DNA of 64,000 nucleotides from Octopus bimaculoides (taxonomy: Eukaryota). Location: contig NC_068982.1 in the NCBI RefSeq assembly GCF_001194135.2, positions 97,181,524 to 97,245,523 on the forward strand, in the 5' to 3' direction. A program made the position numbers and the translations under genes. This document shows positions 1 through 12,810 of the stretch, in pieces. The notes beneath the pieces are model-generated. The model was given only the letters and a program-made list of their open reading frames with translations, had not been told where the DNA came from and did not search any database. How positions within the stretch are numbered: the stretch's first letter is position 1; each line of letters begins with the position of its first letter.

Positions 1-204
1 AGGTGTGTGGTAAGAAGATTTCTTCCTAACCACATGGTTCCGGGTTCAGTTCCACCGCGTGGCACCTTGGGCAAATGTCTTCTACTATAGCCTCGGGCTG
101 ATCAAAGCTTTGTGAGTGGATCTGGTTGACGGAAAACTGAAAGAAGCCAGTCGGATGTGTGTGTGTATACACTATCCGAATTTTATAGTATTAAGTATCC
201 ATCA

Positions 205-300
205 CGGCTGCTCTTACCAATTGGTTTCGCGGGCAAAAAATACAATGGAGTGTTAGGTAACAATCCAATTATATAACTTTACGCTCATCATAGGTAGCCG
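205..300 (-). ncRNA. Degenerate hammerhead motif in the Penelope terminal repeat
   Basis: CGGCT..CT-aTGATGA-GCG/CGC-GAA-ACCAATTGGT-A-AGAGCAGCCG; C3 is changed to A. Confidence 0.6.
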
Positions 301-1830
301 ACATGGAAAGGAATATGACAACTGCTCTCCACTGCCGGAAGTGGATTAGCACAACCGGTCGGCGTCTGCTGTAAAAAGGTGGTGAAATGAAAAAAAGGTC
401 CAGCGGATTTGGATGGGAGTTATGTCTCTTGGTTAGATATGTTGTGAAGTTAGCAAGAGTTATCTTGAAGTGGGGAAAGTTTGTATTAAAAATGTGGTGT
501 CTCTGCGGGATGGGGTGTGTAGTATGTGTGGCGGTTTCATATGTATAGATTTTTCTGAGCGTGTAGATATATATATAGCGCTGTGTTCATTGTTGTTTTC
601 TTTCTGTAAAGGATAAAACTTTGGGTTTTTTATACATTAGGTGCGGTGTGTAATATGTATGTGGGGGGGGGGGGGNNNNNNNNNNNNNNNNNNNNNNNNN
701 NNNNNNNNNNNNNNNNNNNNNNNNNNNNNNNNNNNNNNNNNNNNNNNNNNNNNNNNNNNNNNNNNNNNNNNNNNNNNNNNNNNNNNNNNNNNNNNNNNNN
801 NNNNNNNNNNNNNNNNNNNNNNNNNNNNNNNNNNNNNNNNNNNNNNNNNNNNNNNNNNNNNNNNNNNNNNNNNNNNNNNNNNNNNNNNNNNNNNNNNNNN
901 NNNNNNNNNNNNNNNNNNNNNNNNNNNNNNNNNNNNNNNNNNNNNNNNNNNNNNNNNNNNNNNNNNNNNNNNNNNNNNNNNNNNNNNNNNNNNNNNNNNN
1001 NNNNNNNNNNNNTTATATGTGGGGGTACAATTTACGTGAGGGAGTATGTGCTGGGGTGGTGGGGGATAATTATATACGGGGTGTCCGCCTTATGGCGTGG
1101 GAGTGTGTACATGGGTGCATTGCTATGTGTTTTGGTCAAACTCTTTTTGGTGGGCCCAAGGGCACAAGTGGAAGGTCGAGACACGGGACCTGTGGTTGCA
1201 GTCATGGTGGGTCGTGCAGGTACAACAGAACCTCGCTCCTGCTATTGAGGTAAACATCCGAGTGTTAGGTATCTTTTGAAATCCATCTCTTCTCAGCCAC
1301 GTATAGTCTGCACTTCCTGCTACTATTGAAGTACAGTTTGCATCTTTCCATGATCTTCCACTTTATGTTGTACTCCGTGGTGCTTTCTTTTAAAGCCCAG
1401 TTGTGCTTGGCTAGGGTCGTGGCGTTACGTCTCTCTAGGATGTTAAATGAGGACTTGTGGTTATTATAGCGGGTTCTGAAGGGGCTTTCTGTTGCCTCCA
1501 CAAATTTCTGCACGCTCGGTTGTCCATTGGATCCTGTAGCTGTTACTTCTGCCTTTTCCGTATTGCATTGGCCGTTTAGTAGACAAGTTGTGTTAACCCT
1601 ACATGAGCATCATGCTTCAGTCTCGGGCCTGGGTCTACCTACTAAAATCTTTTTACTCTAGATGCACAGCTAAAAGATAGTCTCAGATAGTCTCTATTAA
1701 ATATTTTGTAAACTCTATTGGTATGAGGGAAGTGTCTATCAATTACACTAAGGAAGTTCTTACCTACACCAGTCCTAACGTTTAAAGAGAATGGCAGTGT
1801 GGACCACAGTACTTTCCAGTAGCGCTTTCC
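205..1830 (-). mobile_element. Penelope-like element 3' fragment: linker, GIY-YIG endonuclease and terminal repeat with hammerhead motif (decayed, interrupted by an N-gap)
   Basis: Frames give PFSLNVRTGVGKNFLSVIDRHFP...KIFNRDYLRLSFSC, CSCRVNTTCLLNGQC and KFVEATESPFRTRYNNHKSSF...KWKIMERCK, the typical PLE linker and GIY-YIG layout. Confidence 0.85.
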
Positions 1831-2479
1831 CTTGGTGGGGCCAGGGTCTGGTATGTAACTAATACTATCCTTAAAATCGCTGGCAGCCAGAGCAGGGTGG
1901 CAGCATCGAAGATCTCTGAGTGTATGTTTCGAGAGTATGTTTCGAGTCGCTTCGGCTGCAGCGTTTCTATTTTTGTACTAATAAAGCATTATGTGCCTTA
2001 AATGCTCTTTGGATACTTCCATGTTAGAAAGGGTTTTAATCAAAGAAATTTTAATTCTATTATTCTGTATAATAATTTTTAATTAGTTTAAATGTACACA
2101 AATGCATAAAAATAATTTTTAATTCCATTAGACATTCTAAAATACTNNNNNNNNNNNNNNNNNNNNNNNNNNNNNNNNNNNNNNNNNNNNNNNNNNNNNN
2201 NNNNNNNNNNNNNNNNNNNNNNNNNNNNNNNNNNNNNNNNNNNNNNNNNNNNNNNNNNNNNNNNNNNNNNNNNNNNNNNNNNNNNNNNNNNNNNNNNNNN
2301 NNNNNNNNNNNNNNNNNNNNNNNNNNNNNNNNNNNNNNNNNNNNNNNNNNNNNNNNNNNNNNNNNNNNNNNNNNNNNNNNNNNNNNNNNNNNNNNNNNNN
2401 NNNNNNNNNNNNNNNNNNNNNNNNNNNNNNNNNNNNNNNNNNNNNNNNNNNNNNNNNNNNNNNNNNNNNNNTATATATA

Positions 2480-5465
2480 CATACATATATACATATAACA
2501 GCTGCATCCTTGTTAAACGAGGAAAGCCATTCACAAGAAGACATACTGAAATGGTTCATGATTGTTGCCATGTGATGCCCTTAGATGACTTTTAAGCCCG
2601 GTCAAGCTTTTACACATTTTTTTACATACTAGACAACTGTGCTGGCTGGTAAGAGGAACAAGTGCCACCATATGCACTTTCTTAACATGTATTTTTAGAC
2701 CTCCAGCTGAGAGGCACACCTTTCTACATTCTACACATGTTCTATCATGAATTTTAATAGCCACATCATTATTTATCATGGGTCGATTTCTATGAGAATT
2801 TTGATGGCTCACCAGGCCTGCACAACTCAAACACCTCCACCCACATGACGCACACATAAAAAGCAACACTCTCTCACTTTCCACCTTCTAAGGTTCCCCC
2901 TTTTCTAAGCCCCCCCCCTCCTAATTCTCTCATACTTCACTCTCTCCCTCTCAAACCTTGAACAACCATCATGCACTATCTTCCCCCATCCATCACGGTC
3001 TTGTGCCTCTCTCTCCCAATTACCAGCTGCAATTCCTGTCTTTATTACAGCATTTTAAAGGCAATCTTTAAACTCTTAGTTTAGGCTTATGCACTGGTCT
3101 CCTGCCATCTTCCAGCTCATCATACAATAGCTGCTTGAGCAGTCGCTCATCACTCATCCTTGCCAAATGTCCTCCCCGCATCTCAAACGTCTTTGCAAAA
3201 TCATTAACTCTATACTTCTACTGCCACTCCTCTCAAGCACCTCCACATTACTAATGGCCATTTTCCAGTTTATCCCCAAAATTTTTCTCAGACAGTATTG
3301 ATGAAATCGTTCCAATTGCCTTACCTGCCTACAGTAAACAACCCGTGCCTCACTTCTATATAGCATTGATGGGAGGACGCATGTGTTACATACCTTCACT
3401 TTAATTTGTGGTGATATATTATGTTGTTTCCACAGACGCCTATCAAGCCTACCAAAAGCACTACTAGCCCTGCTGATTCTGCATTAAATTTCATCATCAA
3501 GACCAACAGTGCTCAAGGTACTTCCTAAATAAATAAATCTAGGTATAGTCTCCAACCTTTGACCATTCACAGTTATAAAAGGTTCCACATACATCTTGGA
3601 GATAGCGGGCTGGTACATTATAACAGTTTTTTTTTAGATTGATTGTTAGACCCAATGCTGCAGAAATCGCATTCATCTTGTGCTGCATATCTTTCTGAGA
3701 ATGTGCCAACATGTCACAATCATCTGCATACAGAAACTCAACAAGGTGAGAATGCAGAACTTTCGTTTTGGATTGGATTTCTTTTGAGAATGAACAGTTT
3801 TCCTGTTGTCCTATATCTTATATAGACTCCTTCAGGGCAATCTTTAAAAGCTATTTGAAAGACTATTGCAAAATATATAGCAAACAGTGTAGGAGCAAGG
3901 ATATCACCTTGCTTTACAACATTTTCTACAGGAATTGGATCTGATAAGGTACCTCCAACATTAACTCTCACTTCCATCTCGTCATGAAATTGTCTAAGCA
4001 TTCTCACAAATTTTTCAGGGCATCTTAGATCTTTTTTAGGATCTCCCAAAGTGCAATTCTATTGATAGAAACAAACGCTTTTGTTAGGTCAATGAAAACC
4101 TGGTATAAATCCATATCCTGTTCGATGCACTTCTCTTGCAACTGTCTAGCCGAAAATATCATATCCATAGTACTCCTACTATCCCTAAACCCACATTGCG
4201 ATTCTGGTAGAACCTCATCAGCAATGTACAGAAGCAATCTATCCAGCATTAACCTACAAAGGACCTTTCCAGCAACAGCTAACAGACAGATGCTGCTATA
4301 ATTATCACAGACATCCTTTCCACCTTTAGATTTATAAAGCATCTCCATAGTTGCATCACACCAATCTGGAGGAACCTCTTCACTTTGCCTACCCTCTGAA
4401 TCACATCCGTCAACATTGCACAAAGATGATCACCACCATATTTAGATATCGCTGCACCTAGTCCATCCATACCAGGGGCCTTTCCATTGTTCATTTTCCT
4501 GATTGCTGCTTTTATTTCAGCCAGGTTTGGAACTTCTGCTATAAGATGTTTTATTGGTCTATTGGGTATATTATCAAGAAAAGAGGGATCAACTTCAGTG
4601 CCCTCCTTGCTCCGAAGTGGTGCAACCTTTGATGAAACTGTTCCATAAACATTTTTCAAGAGAGAGTAAAAAATTTGGAATTGTTAGCATTTGAGGTTTC
4701 TTGGATTTCATCGCATCTATCACTCCATCAATTTTCTTGCATCATCCGTAGCTTCCTCTGTACAGTTGTTTTTACAACCTTGAAATATGTAGTCACTGCC
4801 TTTCGCTTCTCCTCTAAGATAAGATTAACTGTTTCATCATTATCGTCAAAACAATCTTGGTGTTTTTTTACAACAAAGCCAAGAATGTTACTACAAATCT
4901 CATACACTCTTTCTTTGAATGACTTCTAGCTTCCATCACAGGACAAATTACTTATCTCACTCACAAACTCACTGCGTACTGACTGAATCTTAAGTTTATT
5001 CACATCAATCTGTTTAGGTAATTTAACATTATTTGCTCTAACCTTAGGCCTGACAACAAAATTCAACTTGGCACGCAAAAGCCTATGAGCAGTCGAGCAC
5101 TCTGCACTACACATCACTCGTACAATAGTAAAGTCTCTAGGATCTCGTTTCCTGGTGAGGATGTAATCTATAAGATGCCATTTCTTAGAATCAGGGTGCA
5201 TCCATGTCTTTTTTTTAAAATTATTCTTTAGTCGAAATATTGAATCCATGACACACAAATCCATTTTTACGCACATTTGTAACAGTAGCAAATCTTAACT
5301 GTTGGAACTCCAAACCCCATGCTTTCTTAGGACACTAAAAGAAAATGATATCCAGCAGACTACTCTGCGAAGTTCCCCTTTCCATGAATTCTTGTTTCGG
5401 CTAATACTACAACATGCATATCATATCGCTGTAACTCTTTTGCAACAAGCGTGGATCTTCTCTCT
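2480..5465 (-). mobile_element. Near full-length decayed RTE-clade LINE (APE endonuclease, RT and three C-terminal C2H2-like fingers)
   Basis: EN: RPERRSTLVAKELQRYD...ETR and TWMHPDSKKWHLIDYIL. RT: QCGFRDSRSTMDMIF, FIDLTKAF, VKQGDILAPTLF. Multiple frameshifts. Confidence 0.92.
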
Positions 5466-5525
5466 GGACGAGATTTCAGACATACATACATATATACATA
5501 CATATATACATACATATATATATAA

Positions 5526-5572
<47 letters not shown>

Positions 5573-5961
5573 NNNNNNNNNNNNNNNNNNNNNNNNNNNN
5601 NNNNNNNNNNNNNNNNNNNNNNNNNNNNNNNNNNNNNNNNNNNNNNNNNNNNNNNNNNNNNNNNNNNNNNNNNNNNNNNNNNNNNNNNNNNNNNNNNNNN
5701 NNNNNNNNNNNNNNNNNNNNNNNNNNNNNNNNNNNNNNNNNNNNNNNNNNNNNNNNNNNNNNNNNNNNNNNNNNNNNNNNNNNNNNNNNNNNNNNNNNNN
5801 NNNNNNNNNNNNNNNNNNNNNNNNNNNNNNNNNNNNNNNNNNNNNNNNNNNNNNNNNNNNNNAAGTACTGTTCTCTCTTTTTTCAGCACATCACACTCTT
5901 TACCACTTCATACTAAAAATATCCGCCTATGGATATAATAATAGATTACTTTATTTTTTCT

Positions 5962-6010
5962 GTCTCCGATGAAGGGAAGTACTGGACCTTCCCAGAAACA
6001 GCTGTAAGAT
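5962..6010 (+). ncRNA. Minimal hammerhead motif, U4C core variant
   Basis: TCT-CCGATGA-A-GGGAAG/CTTCCC-A-GAA-ACAGCTGT-A-AGA. Confidence 0.6.
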
Positions 6011-6122
6011 TCTATCCATAAAATACTTCTCCAAAATACTCTCTTTATCTTTTTGTTTTTATATATTTACATATATATATATATATATAAATATATATGT
6101 ATATATATATACATATATATTT

Positions 6123-6169
<47 letters not shown>

Positions 6170-7029
6170 TATATTTCCCGTGTGAAGTACACAAATTCGC
6201 AAAAGTTTTCTGAAACCAAGAATTGAAGAATTTATGAGGGGTTATATGGCGTGCTTAAAGCCACATTTCGCCGACTTGAGATCTTACCACACTTGTGTGT
6301 TACTGAAATGCTTAACAAAATACTTAACTATTTAACATAGTGAGGTGAATATTAGATGCATCACTAAAACCTTCATATAAATGAATAATTTTGACGTCAG
6401 TTTCCTATCAGTGAACACACAAGTTGATCGTCAACAACGTCTCTCTTCTGCCATCCCCTCTCTCTTGTATGTATGTGTGACATAAATACAGAAACGAATA
6501 CCTCACTAAACTAGAACATCAAAAATTATGACTCTCACGATCCTCCAGTATATTTCCAATAATTTTATAGGTTCCCAAATACCGACAGAAAAACTAGCGG
6601 TGATATAGGCCAGCTATGTACACGCTCGTGAAAGTGCTTGACCTGTGCTTAGGGTATTGCATTCATGATCACAAGATCTTGATTTCGATTCTTGCATTCA
6701 CGAACGCAAGATCTTGATTTCGATTCCACCAACTTCACTTAAACTGATTGCAAAGAATATTACAAAAGTTTTGGCGCTTATAGAGGAAGGTGGGTGCTAC
6801 TATAGTATATCCACCATCCATTTTCTACTATAGTATATCTGCTATTAATTTTCTACTATGATATGATATCTACCAAATGTTAAAAATGAAATATGTTAAA
6901 AATCATTAAACATTTATACTACAAAAAGAAAGGAGTATAATAAACAGCTTGTTGTGTAAAATTTATTCAAAATCATTAACACATTATATATGATTTTTAA
7001 AATATCATCAAATATTGATTTTAGTGTTT

Positions 7030-7910
7030 AACTGATCTGATATCATTAAAAAAAGCAGTAAACAGGACATCGTACTTCCTGATCATTTTCCAACAATAAT
7101 GATCCAAAAGTGATTGAAAATATTGAGTAGGTACGCTTCTTTTTTTCTTGAGTATTTCAATTTTGGCATTAAGCCGCGATCGCTCAAAAGCTTGTATATG
7201 AGCTCCTGATGTCGGGTCCATATGATTCACTTGATGATTGACGGTTTTGTGCTGATAGCCGATATTCTTTAAGCAACGGTAGGCCGGCCACTCATTAGAA
7301 TAGATCACAGAGCTAAGCTTACATTAACGTTCTATGATAGGAATCAAAGTGACCCTATCTCTTCGTTGAACATAAAAGTACCGACAATCAAGCCCATTTT
7401 TACAGACCAAAAACTCAGGGGCCATCTATGCCCCATGGTCCATCTAAGTCCTGCATCAGATTCCTTTGAGTTCGAAGGTTGATCACCAGTTAACATACGA
7501 CCACAGTTATATTTACGATAACCAGCAAACCATGCCTCGTCAATCTGTATAGGATTTTCCTGTGTACCAATCATTTGATTCCTTGTTTGGTGTGATATTA
7601 TCACGCTACAAACTTCACGACACATATTAAACCAGTCTGTAATAGTATTAGGCAACTTTCCCGTGAAGGTAATTTTCATCAGGATTTCGTGAATAAAATA
7701 GTACACTAATTCTAAAATTTCAACACACTCAATCTGCTATTCATCTTCCCATTTAAGTTGGTATGGTGGAAAAACTGATTTCCTTCCCGAACTGAGCTTG
7801 GCGCCTTTTTTTTTTTTGGACATTTCAATATTAGCCGGAATTCTCTGGTTCTAATCCTCTTTCTTTTTTCTTGCATGTGTGTCCCGCATTTATGACAAGA
7901 AGGTACATTT
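7030..7910 (-). mobile_element. Merlin-type (IS1595/ISXO2-like DDE) transposase pseudogene
   Basis: CHKCG Zn-ribbon remnant, SVREGNQFF, PIQIDEAWFAGYRKYNCGRML, IYSNEWPAY...HKTVNH...DPTSGAHIQAFERS. Frameshifted; the expected D in SDE reads N. Confidence 0.85.
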
Positions 7911-8925
7911 CCTACCTAGTCAATAAGATTATGCTCTCTCAAAAAGGACACCGTTTCATCTTCACTTGAGTAAAAGTCTCTGGCCAACATGGTGCTAGCA
8001 TGAACAACTAAATAGCTTAGAATTAATTGCTGAAGGCCGTAAGTGGGTTGTTTGGTAGAGTGCATTGCCATTTGCAGTAGATCACAGATAGTAAGGTAGA
8101 TATCACACTATAGTAGCACCAGAAGGCATTTAAGTTTTTGCTGATAACGACCGCAATCGGGAAGAAAAATAGATTATAAGTGGAGTTTATAAAGTAGGTA
8201 GTTCTACTATTGAAGATGATGCACCATAAATATCAAACAACTTTGGATAAGTTCTTCATGCCCCATCTAAATATTAGTTTTAAATTTTGGCATAAAGCCA
8301 GCAATTTTGGAGGAGTGGAGAAGTCGATTTACACCGACCCCAGTGCTCAACTAGTACTTATTTTATCGAGCTCGAAAGGATAAAAGGCAAGTCAACCTCG
8401 GGGGAATTTGAACTCAGAACGTAAAGACGAATTAAATGCCGCTAAGCATTTTGTCCAGCTCACCACCTTATCTATCAACTAAATATTAATGATGATTAAC
8501 CGCAAGGGAGAAGGTAGTGTCCCTCATCCTCACACTTTAGTCAACATCTTTCGAAGTAAAAACGTACCCTTTTAGAATATTATAAGTCTTGTCTATTCTC
8601 TAATGTATTTCTTTTCAAATGGTTTTATATACATATATTGTACTATCTACATCTTGAAAATATTTTCATAACTAAAAGAGGTTCTGGAGCTTTTTCTTCT
8701 TTTTCCAAATCCGTTTGTAAAATCAATGGGAAAATAAATTCCTCGTTACGCGATTTCGACCTGCAGCAAATTCAGGAATGCAATACACCCTTAACGCAGT
8801 GGATTGTACTTATGTCAATGTTTTCCACCACTGAGCACATATAATGTGCTAATTAATAATCCCACGCTCCTACTCTATCTTTTTTCTTCTTCTTCTTCAA
8901 AAAAAAAATTATAATAACAATAATG

Positions 8926-8991
<66 letters not shown>

Positions 8992-8997
8992 TATACT

Positions 8998-9042
8998 GCA
9001 GTCCGACGATTGCTTAGCTGGTCGAAACTTCGAATTCACTGT
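8998..9042 (+). ncRNA. Degenerate hammerhead-like motif
   Basis: GCAGT-CCGACGA...GAAAC-TTCGAA-TTC-ACTGT; stem II is disrupted. Confidence 0.4.
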
Positions 9043-9374
9043 CAACAACATTCTTGTATAAGAATAATAAATTTGTACTCTACAAATGTATAGGGTAACT
9101 CATCAGATAATTGTAGCGGAAGCTTCTCTCTCGGTTATAAATTCTTAATTGCGAACGTAGCGGGTAACATCTAGCCTTCGGCCCGCCTTGGACCCTGCTG
9201 TGTCCATCACCCTGATTGGCTCTTATTTGCGCGGCATTTGTCTCCATTTCTGTTTCGCGCCAGGGTGCTTACCAACCAATCGTGGTCTTCTAATAAGGTT
9301 ACGTGAGAGAGTGCTTTTCTGCTGTTTCTGGGGCCCCTTTTTACCTATAAATAAGCCCTGCTTTATCCACGCCT

Positions 9375-9604
9375 GTTGGTCGCGATTTCAGATCTCTCTG
9401 AGGTCTGGTCCACAGCTCTTCAATATCCTCCCGAAGGACCTGAGAGACCTGCATGGGGTGGATGTAGGTGTCTTCAAAATAAAGCTGGACCTCTTCCTGT
9501 CAAGTGTCCCATATGAACCAACTTCTTGGCAGGAGGTGCTGATGAGGGCAGCTGCATCAAAATCTCTCATGCACCAAATGTCAATTCCTGAAAAGCATTC
9601 GTGA
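9375..9604 (+). mobile_element. CR1/L2-type LINE ORF2 C-terminal fragment
   Basis: GPQLFNILPKDLRDL...VFKIKLDLFLSSVP motif. Confidence 0.7.
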
Positions 9605-9614
9605 AGTAAAATTA

Positions 9615-10219
9615 TGTAGCAACACCAAGTGGCCAGCACACAGCACACCAACCAGCCAGTTTCCAGCGACGACGTCAACACCACCGTTCTACTGTTTTCT
9701 ACAGCCTCGTCGCCAACGTCAACACGATGCCACTACTTACACAAGACAGCAACCGCGGATCCACTCAACACTGTTTGTGTGGATTATTTCCACCACGAAA
9801 TAACAGCCAGAACAACTTGCGAGAATCTCCTGTATTCAAGTAACCGGCTCGGCATAGAAGCCTCATCTTCATGACACGTGACTTAGCTCTGCCTAGAAGC
9901 CACAACCTCTTATGTACAGACATTCTATTTACTGTGTACCTGAACTATGAACTGGTATCTTCCTATCTTTGTGTTCCGACTCTTATAGTCTATGTTACAG
10001 ACTCTTATTCTATGCTCTGTATTTCTCATTTACACACATACACATATTTATGTATACACACTCTTGTTCACACGACGGCCTGTCATATGTATTGTTATTA
10101 TTTATATTGCCGCATGCACGCACACACAGTCCACTACGCTAATAAACTTATTCTTTATACGTATATATTTAACAGCTGCGTCTCTCTCTTTCCTTGCTGG
10201 CATTTCCTCGCATTTCACA
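9615..10219 (+). mobile_element. Probable solo LTR
   Basis: TGT...ACA termini, internal AATAAA at 10141, GC-richer than the flanks. No convincing TSD found. Confidence 0.4.
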
Positions 10220-10404
10220 TGTGAGCCCTCGCATGTTATATATTTTTATGTTTTGTGTCGACCGTGCGACGCGTTAAAAGCAGCCTCTTCCGTTCGTCGC
10301 CATCCTTCTTCGGTTCGCACGGTCATTCTCTACATTATGGTAAAATTGTTTTTATTATTACCGAACATAAAATCAAAGATAACTCTACCTACCTTCCTAT
10401 CAAT

Positions 10405-10643
10405 CTATCTGTCTTATTTCTTTACTGCACACAAGGAGCTACACACAGAAGGGACAAACAAGGACAGACAAACGGATTAAGTCGATTATATCGACCCCAG
10501 TGCGTAACTGGTACTTATTTAATCGACCCCGAAAGGATGAAAGGCAAAGTCGACCTCGGCGGAATTTGAACTCAGAACGTAGCGGCAGACGAAATACTGC
10601 TAAGCATTTCGCCCGGCGTGCTAACGTTTCTACCAGCTCACCT
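10405..10643 (-). mobile_element. Nin-like SINE subfamily with a Tx1-like 3' tail (second copy at 49045-49275)
   Basis: Same head and core as 22413-22630, but the tail is TTTGTCTGTCCTTGTTTGTCCCTTCTGTGTG... Confidence 0.75.
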
Positions 10644-11999
10644 GTCTGTCTGTAAACACAAGCATAGCTGTGTGGTAAGAAGTTCGCTTCCCAGCCAAAC
10701 GGTTCCGGGTTTGTGAGTGAATCTGGTAGACGAAAAGTTAAATAATCCTGTTGTATATGTATATATCTAGGTGTGTGTGTGTCTGTTCGCATGCACGTAT
10801 CTGTGTTTATCTCCCCTGCCCTAGCAGTTCGGCAAAATGACCGATAGAATAAGTACCAAGCTTAAAATAAAATCAGATATAAGTACTGGGATCGATTCAT
10901 TGTTCTAAAAATTCTCCAAGGCGGTGCCCCAGCATGGCCGCAGTTTAACAACTGAAACAAATAAAAAGATAAGAGATACAATATACAAATCAAACAAAAA
11001 TAATCAGCCTATTAACTGTTAATCTCTGTCACTGTGTGAATGTATGTGTTTGTGTGTATATGCGTGTGTATGTGTGTGTGTGTGTGAGCGGAAGCAGCGC
11101 TAATGTATAGCTTCTTTCATATGGAAGCCTGGCAGTGATTATATTTCTAAATAGTAAATAAATATGTAGTCTTATACTCTAATGTATTTAGTTCCATTAT
11201 AAATTAGGCCTTTCGAGAGACTTCCGGCAGCTTGGGATCAGAATGCAACCAATCAGTTTCGTTGTTTTTTAACAACTCATCGAAGGTCGTTTGCCTCTTC
11301 CTGCCAAGATGACGCGTAATAGTAACAAAAAAGTTATTCATTAAGATGTAAACAAGATTGTGTACATTATAACTTAAAGGCTAATGGCTAATGATTAACC
11401 TCGCTATATTAGAACTGGTTTTATGGTAGATATCTATGCGACAGACAGAGCATAATTATGGTATCCAGAATCTGTGTATGCGCGCACGCTATGTGTGTGT
11501 GGGTGGGTTGTTGGTGTATGTATGCTTGTATGTCAAGTATGAAGTAGTTAAGAGTGTTGAACGTATATGTGTATATAATTGGGAGGTCGAAATTTCCTTA
11601 TCTAAGTTTTTAAACGATGATGTGTATTTTACGGATATGAGCAATCGTGTGTGTGTGTGTGTGTGTGCATGAATGTGTGTATGTGTCTACTTTTATATCA
11701 ATATATCAGTATCATAAATGCGTATGTATATGTACATACAGATGTAAGCACATAAGCATGTACGTAACTACGTATGGAAGATGGGGGGGGGGGAGAGAGA
11801 GAAAGAGAGAGAGTGTGTATGTGTGTGTGTGTGTGTGTGCGCGCGCACACAGTTTTTTTCTAATATTGCACGTTGTGAGATATGCTGACTAGGGAATAGT
11901 CGGAGCAAAATAATCATCTGGGAACCTACTCTACAGCATGTATTGAGTACTTTCCCTTCCGTTTGTATACTGAAACAGTTTTTACTACGTTGTACCGCC

Positions 12000-12500
12000 A
12001 TCGATAAATCTGTCAACCAAAATATATGCCAAAATCGTTAACACCAAGGAGATAATCATGACAGCTGAAACAAGCTCAAGAGACTGCGGGGAGTACCCTT
12101 CCACAGGCGACGTCTAACTTAGTCCTCGCTGTCTAACTCATGCGAAGCGTACAGGTGAAATGGTTGTGACTCTGATATACGTGCTGATGATGCAAAAGGG
12201 TTTTCAACATGGCGATGGATTTAAGAGAAGGGCTTCCAAGACTTCCGAGTAGCTCCTGTAGTTTCTTCGTGGTACAAAGCATCTTCGATATTTATTTCAC
12301 CACGTAAGAATCATAGCAGTCGCTGACATGGATAGGAAAACCATTAAAGATTGGAATTAACAGTTTCAAACTAGAGATTAAAACAAGAATCTATAAATCG
12401 TGTGACATGTCATCCATTATGTATGCTGGTGGCAAGACATCTGGATATGTCCGAGCAAACGTAAGAGCTTCTTCGGAACGAATGGAAACCTCTTACCTAG
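12000..12500 (+). mobile_element. Heavily decayed RT-bearing LINE remnant (RTE-like)
   Basis: ADD remnant near 12180 and a KLEIKTRIYKSC-like segment near 12370; many stops. Confidence 0.4.
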
Positions 12501-12810
12501 ATTAACAATTGGTTCATCTCACTGGCAAGTTTATCTAAATATCCATATACAAATAAATAGATGGTTGGCAACCTTTCGTTAGGAGTATATAAAATGTCTA
12601 GCAATGAAGCGAGAGAAAATATCGGAGAATTATCGGTAATATATATAAAAAAATCCACTGTCTTTGATTTACTACTAAAGGAATGTAGACAGGTGTCTGT
12701 AACATCGCAACGGAATCTGTCCCTCGCCATTCCTCCCAACGGCTTAAACCTATGGTCACTAACAACATGCTGTATTAAAACCGAGTGAAACAAAATTTAT
12801 TTAACCAGAT

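Noticed and set aside
7030-7910. Bacterial contamination or recent HGT suggested by the IS1595-like protein
   Set aside because: It is decayed and embedded among host SINEs, which fits the eukaryotic Merlin superfamily.
8640-8830. ISTIHCVKG peptide reminiscent of a UvrD helicase motif
   Set aside because: An in-frame stop follows within a few codons and no other helicase motifs are present.
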